A stretch of DNA of 64,000 nucleotides, from contig NW_020846761.1 of the NCBI RefSeq assembly GCF_003704095.1, positions 620,001 to 684,000 of the forward strand. The letters run 5' to 3'. Of this stretch, positions 62,543 to 64,000 are shown in pieces (positions within the stretch are counted from its first letter, which is position 1; each line of letters begins with the position of its first letter). Made by a program: the position numbers and the translations under genes. The notes beneath the pieces were generated by a model, which searched no databases, was not told where the DNA came from, and saw only the letters and a program-made list of their open reading frames with translations. The DNA comes from Pocillopora damicornis. Its lineage: Eukaryota.

Positions 62543-63065
62543 TTCTTGGGCAGGCCAGAGTCTTTCTTTGAGTAACTCTCACGAATCAATCTGCAGCATC
62601 TATGAGAGGCGAAGCAATTTCAACAAAGCTAAATTGAAATGATTCTTGTCCAGATGAAATTATTTTGACAACTTAAGAAAACATATCTCTGTCTATCGAG
62701 AGACGTGTTATGGCATGTTGTAGTTACAGCTTTGTTGACTGTTGGTTGAGGATGACGTCATGTTTGGACGATACAATTTTCCTGTAACAGTTTGTCGTTT
62801 CAAATCTGTCAGGCACTGCTCTTAGTTTAAACAGCTAGGTTTAATTTTCTGAGATTTTTTCTTAGCGTTGTTTCCTTTTTCAACTGAAATATTGCGAAAT
62901 GAAATTAATACGAACGAAACAGTGAAAAAAGTCAGAGTTCTTTCGGTTGTAAAATTCAAGAGTCTTTTGATAACCGTTCCACTTCCAACTTCTCACCTGA
63001 GTGGGTGGGTGGGAATGGGTTAAACGGGTAAAGAATTTTATAGTGTGATGTGAAAACAAATTTTT

Positions 63066-63075
63066 NNNNNNNNNN
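63066..63075. other. Assembly gap (10 N)
   Basis: Run of n characters. Confidence 1.
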
Positions 63076-63244
63076 TTGAACCGCTGAACGTTCCTTAGGC
63101 TCAATTTCGTTAAAATTGCAATTTCCTCAAAAGTATCTTTGAAATACTCATTGACGAATATTTCTGTCAGGATACTTGGCCATTATGTGCGTTTTTTTAA
63201 AATGCAGATATTTCCCCGCCGTTCTCAGATTTGTCCCTTCTTAC

Positions 63245-63609
63245 CTTCTGGCAAAACTGACATGATTTTGGACAATTTTCCCTCATAAATACAGCTTGAT
63301 AAGAACAGTAGTTCTTGACTCTAGCAAACGTGGCGCATTGTTTCCTTTTATCAACACAATCTATGAATCAACCGACAGAGAAAGTTAGCGAGAAAAAAGT
63401 TTAACAACTGAGCAGAATCACTAATAACTACATAACTAGTAGAAAAAATGATAGGACTGGAGTTACAGTTATGTTAAATATTATATTGCCCTCCAAGATG
63501 AATTGTGATTAAGGACACCAGCTAACAATAATGAAACTTTTAAAACGACGATTCTTCAGTCTTTGTTTCTTACCATCTGGGCTTGGCGACCTGACATTAC
63601 CATTATTGT
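63245..63609 (-). CDS. 3' exons of a gene with an ShKT (ShK toxin-like) domain; upstream part probably outside the window
   Basis: Exons 63609-63574 (DNNGNVRSPSPD linker) and 63360-63245 give DCVDKRKQCATFARVKNYCSYQAVFMRENCPKSCQFCQK, a six-Cys ShKT pattern. The last exon is uncertain (possibly 62791-62768, ENCIVQT*). Confidence 0.8.
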
Positions 63610-64000
63610 CTGGAAAAGGAGAAAATTAGAGTCAGTTTTGTTACACTTGTCATTTGGCCTTGTTACATTAGGATTAACTTTTGGCAACCTGTGACAAAAT
63701 TTGCGAAGCATTATATAATAATTGTGTATTAACACCCTTGGGAAAGTAAAAATGATGCAACAAAAAATTTATTAATGTCGGACAAATTCAAATCCTAGAA
63801 GGTTTAGAAATGTGTAGAGAAACATAATGAAAATTTTAGCTGTGGCCCTCGGGTGAGATGGCATTAAGCTGAGGCAACTTCTTTGTAGATGACGAAATAG
63901 GGCTTGCAAGGGGACCACCCATTTATACCCTGCAACCTGCTTCGGAACACCATAATGGTACAAAGTAATTCCTCAATTTAAAGACAAGTATAACTTTAAA

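Overview
This is eukaryotic, AT-rich, intron-dense animal DNA. Gene content and repeat families point to a cnidarian, probably a stony coral (inference). I rebuilt the gene models by hand from splice sites and reading frames. In order, the window holds: the 5' part of EXOSC10/RRP6 (-); a 21-exon EXOC8/Exo84 (+), head-to-head with it across 108 bp, with a U12-type intron, a GC-AG intron and five NPF motifs; three intronless FoxQ2 genes (+,+,-); GOLIM4 (+); ABCF3 (-); a 13-exon, 1349-aa kinase-less, LRR-less ROCO gene (-); SFT2D3-like (+); a C4orf33/UPF0462 homolog with a signal peptide (-); and the 3' end of an ShKT-domain gene (-). The most novel item is the ROCO gene, with architecture UBL-UBL-SH2-UBL-SH2-Roc-COR-Death and a compact cluster of EICE/CRE/ISRE/GAS-like sites upstream, suggesting a phosphotyrosine-sensing innate-immune or cell-death switch. 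The FoxQ2 forkhead boxes are nearly identical at DNA level while their flanks have diverged, which suggests gene conversion, and the three copies share promoter footprints. Repeats include Penelope-like termini (one with an intact minimal hammerhead ribozyme core), several MITE-like elements and a 59-bp minisatellite. No rRNA, tRNA or CRISPR array was recognised. All alignments and counts were done by eye.
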